A DNA stretch of 64,000 nt from a virus: positions 32,001-96,000 of the IMG/VR virus record IMGVR_UViG_3300043411_001314; one strand, given 5' to 3'. Both the position numbers and the translations under genes were made by a program. Each line of letters starts with the position of its first letter. Position 1 is the stretch's first letter. Below the pieces are notes generated by a model. It was not told the origin of the DNA and made no database searches. It saw only the letters and a list, made by a program, of their open reading frames with translations. Below, piece by piece: positions 62,955 to 64,000 of this stretch.

Positions 62955-63443
62955 CTAGATGTCCCCGCCCATTTGGGCGTAGTGCTCGGTTGCTTCGTTG
63001 ATGTTCATCAGTCGGGCGAAGCCCGGGTTCCTCAACCGCCGGCCGTCGAAGAAGTCCCAGTGGGCTACCTCGTAGAACGGCGGCTCGTCCATCAGCCGCA
63101 TGATGAGGTACTCGTCGCGGGCAGTGTCGTCGCAGTACACGCAGGAGGCGATGACGATGCCATCGTCCAGCGTCGCCCCCGGCCGGGTGAGCCTGCGGAC
63201 CTCAGCCCACTCCTGTCGGTCAGCCAGGGCGGTCAGGCGCCCACTCTCGTAGGCGAAGCTGCGAGCTTGGGCCCGGAGCAGCTCCTTGGGCGCGGGCCCA
63301 CTGCTGAGGCTGTCAGCGATCACTCGAGCGTTGTCGATGCAGTCCGTCAGCTCCTGATCGAAGTTGGACTGGTCTGCGTTGCAGGCGGCGTGTACGTCCT
63401 TGATCGCCTTGGCCATCACGTCGGCGGGTGTGCTGTATCCCAT
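62955..63443 (-). CDS. hypothetical protein
   Basis: RBS GAAAGGAA before MGYST. Confidence 0.55.
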   Translation of the reverse strand: MGYSTPADVMAKAIKDVHAACNADQSNFDQELTDCIDNARVIADSLSSGPAPKELLRAQARSFAYESGRLTALADRQEWAEVRRLTRPGATLDDGIVIASCVYCDDTARDEYLIMRLMDEPPFYEVAHWDFFDGRRLRNPGFARLMNINEATEHYAQMGGDI

Positions 63444-63480
63444 TGTCCCGTTCCTTTCATTGGTCATGGGTGGTCTTCGA

Positions 63481-63657
63481 TCACGTCGGGTACCCGACCC
63501 ACTCGATGAGCATCGCTGCGAACTCCATGAAGTCGTTGGGGTTCCCCCACTGTGTGCCGAAGGAGGGATCCTCGTAGGAGTTCTCGATGATGAACTCCGA
63601 CATGAGCTTGATCGCCGCCTCGGGGTCCATCCGAACGTCACCCTCACCCACGGACAT
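63481..63657 (-). CDS. small hypothetical protein (58 aa)
   Basis: MSVGEGDVRMDPEAAIKLMSEF...; TGATG coupling. Confidence 0.5.
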   Translation of the reverse strand: MSVGEGDVRMDPEAAIKLMSEFIIENSYEDPSFGTQWGNPNDFMEFAAMLIEWVGYPT

Positions 63658-64000
63658 CACACGCCCCCCACGGCCAGGAGGGCATCGGTGGCCAGGTTGA
63701 TCTGCTCGGTGCCGTCCATCAGGTACTCGGCGGCGGTGTTGATCAGGTCAGCATCCATCATGGCCGTCCCGTCGATACAGAAGGCCGCGCCGGTGCTGTA
63801 CAGGCGCAGCGCTTCCTGCCAGTGACCGTTGACGGTGTCCTCGGGGATGGGGGGCAGGGCCTTGGCCTCGTCGATCACGTTCCGGAAGTCTCGGCACGCC
63901 TCACCCAGCAGCGTGGGTGACCCGATGCCGGCGGCAGTGGACACGTCCTCCATGCCACTGATGAGCTGATCGAAGATGACGCCGTTCTCGGCATGCCACA
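63657..64000 (-). CDS. hypothetical protein (start probably beyond the window)
   Basis: LPPIPE..VN.HWQ.AL..Y..GA..C; frame open to window end. Confidence 0.55.
   Translation of the reverse strand, partial: WHAENGVIFDQLISGMEDVSTAAGIGSPTLLGEACRDFRNVIDEAKALPPIPEDTVNGHWQEALRLYSTGAAFCIDGTAMMDADLINTAAEYLMDGTEQINLATDALLAVGGV

Noticed and set aside
1-64000. CRISPR array, diversity-generating retroelement or retron
   Set aside because: No regularly spaced repeat-spacer array, no reverse transcriptase motifs, and no template/variable repeat pair differing at adenines were seen

Overview
A 64-kb stretch of a GC-rich tailed (siphovirus-like) phage or prophage of an actinobacterial host; DnaB, SSB and DUF3039 look actinobacterial, possibly Acidimicrobiia (inference). 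The + arm (2.3-41.1 kb) carries portal, head protease, RecE/RecT, DnaB, SSB, capsid, tail and tape-measure genes, interrupted by an inverted tail-fibre operon (9.8-14.3 kb) and a shuffled small-ORF region. The - arm (41.1-64 kb) carries PNK, RNA ligase, a nucleotidyltransferase, DNA ligase, a RuvB-like ATPase, VWA/MoxR-AAA, Ku and a beta clamp. Six tRNA genes sit in three pairs. Top observation: both + strand tRNA pairs are preceded by tiny, apparently leaderless ORFs sharing an N-terminus (MxTTLL) and carrying codons cognate to the downstream tRNAs (MRTTLLPPVPRWRG before tRNA-Pro/Trp; MTTTLLRSSSSSS before two tRNA-Ser). Each is followed by mutually exclusive hairpins, one of which pairs into the tRNA itself. 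This looks like a ribosome-stalling attenuator that makes phage tRNAs when the cognate tRNA is depleted. No terminase, integrase, reverse transcriptase or CRISPR array was recognised. All protein calls come from motif recognition by eye, not database searches.
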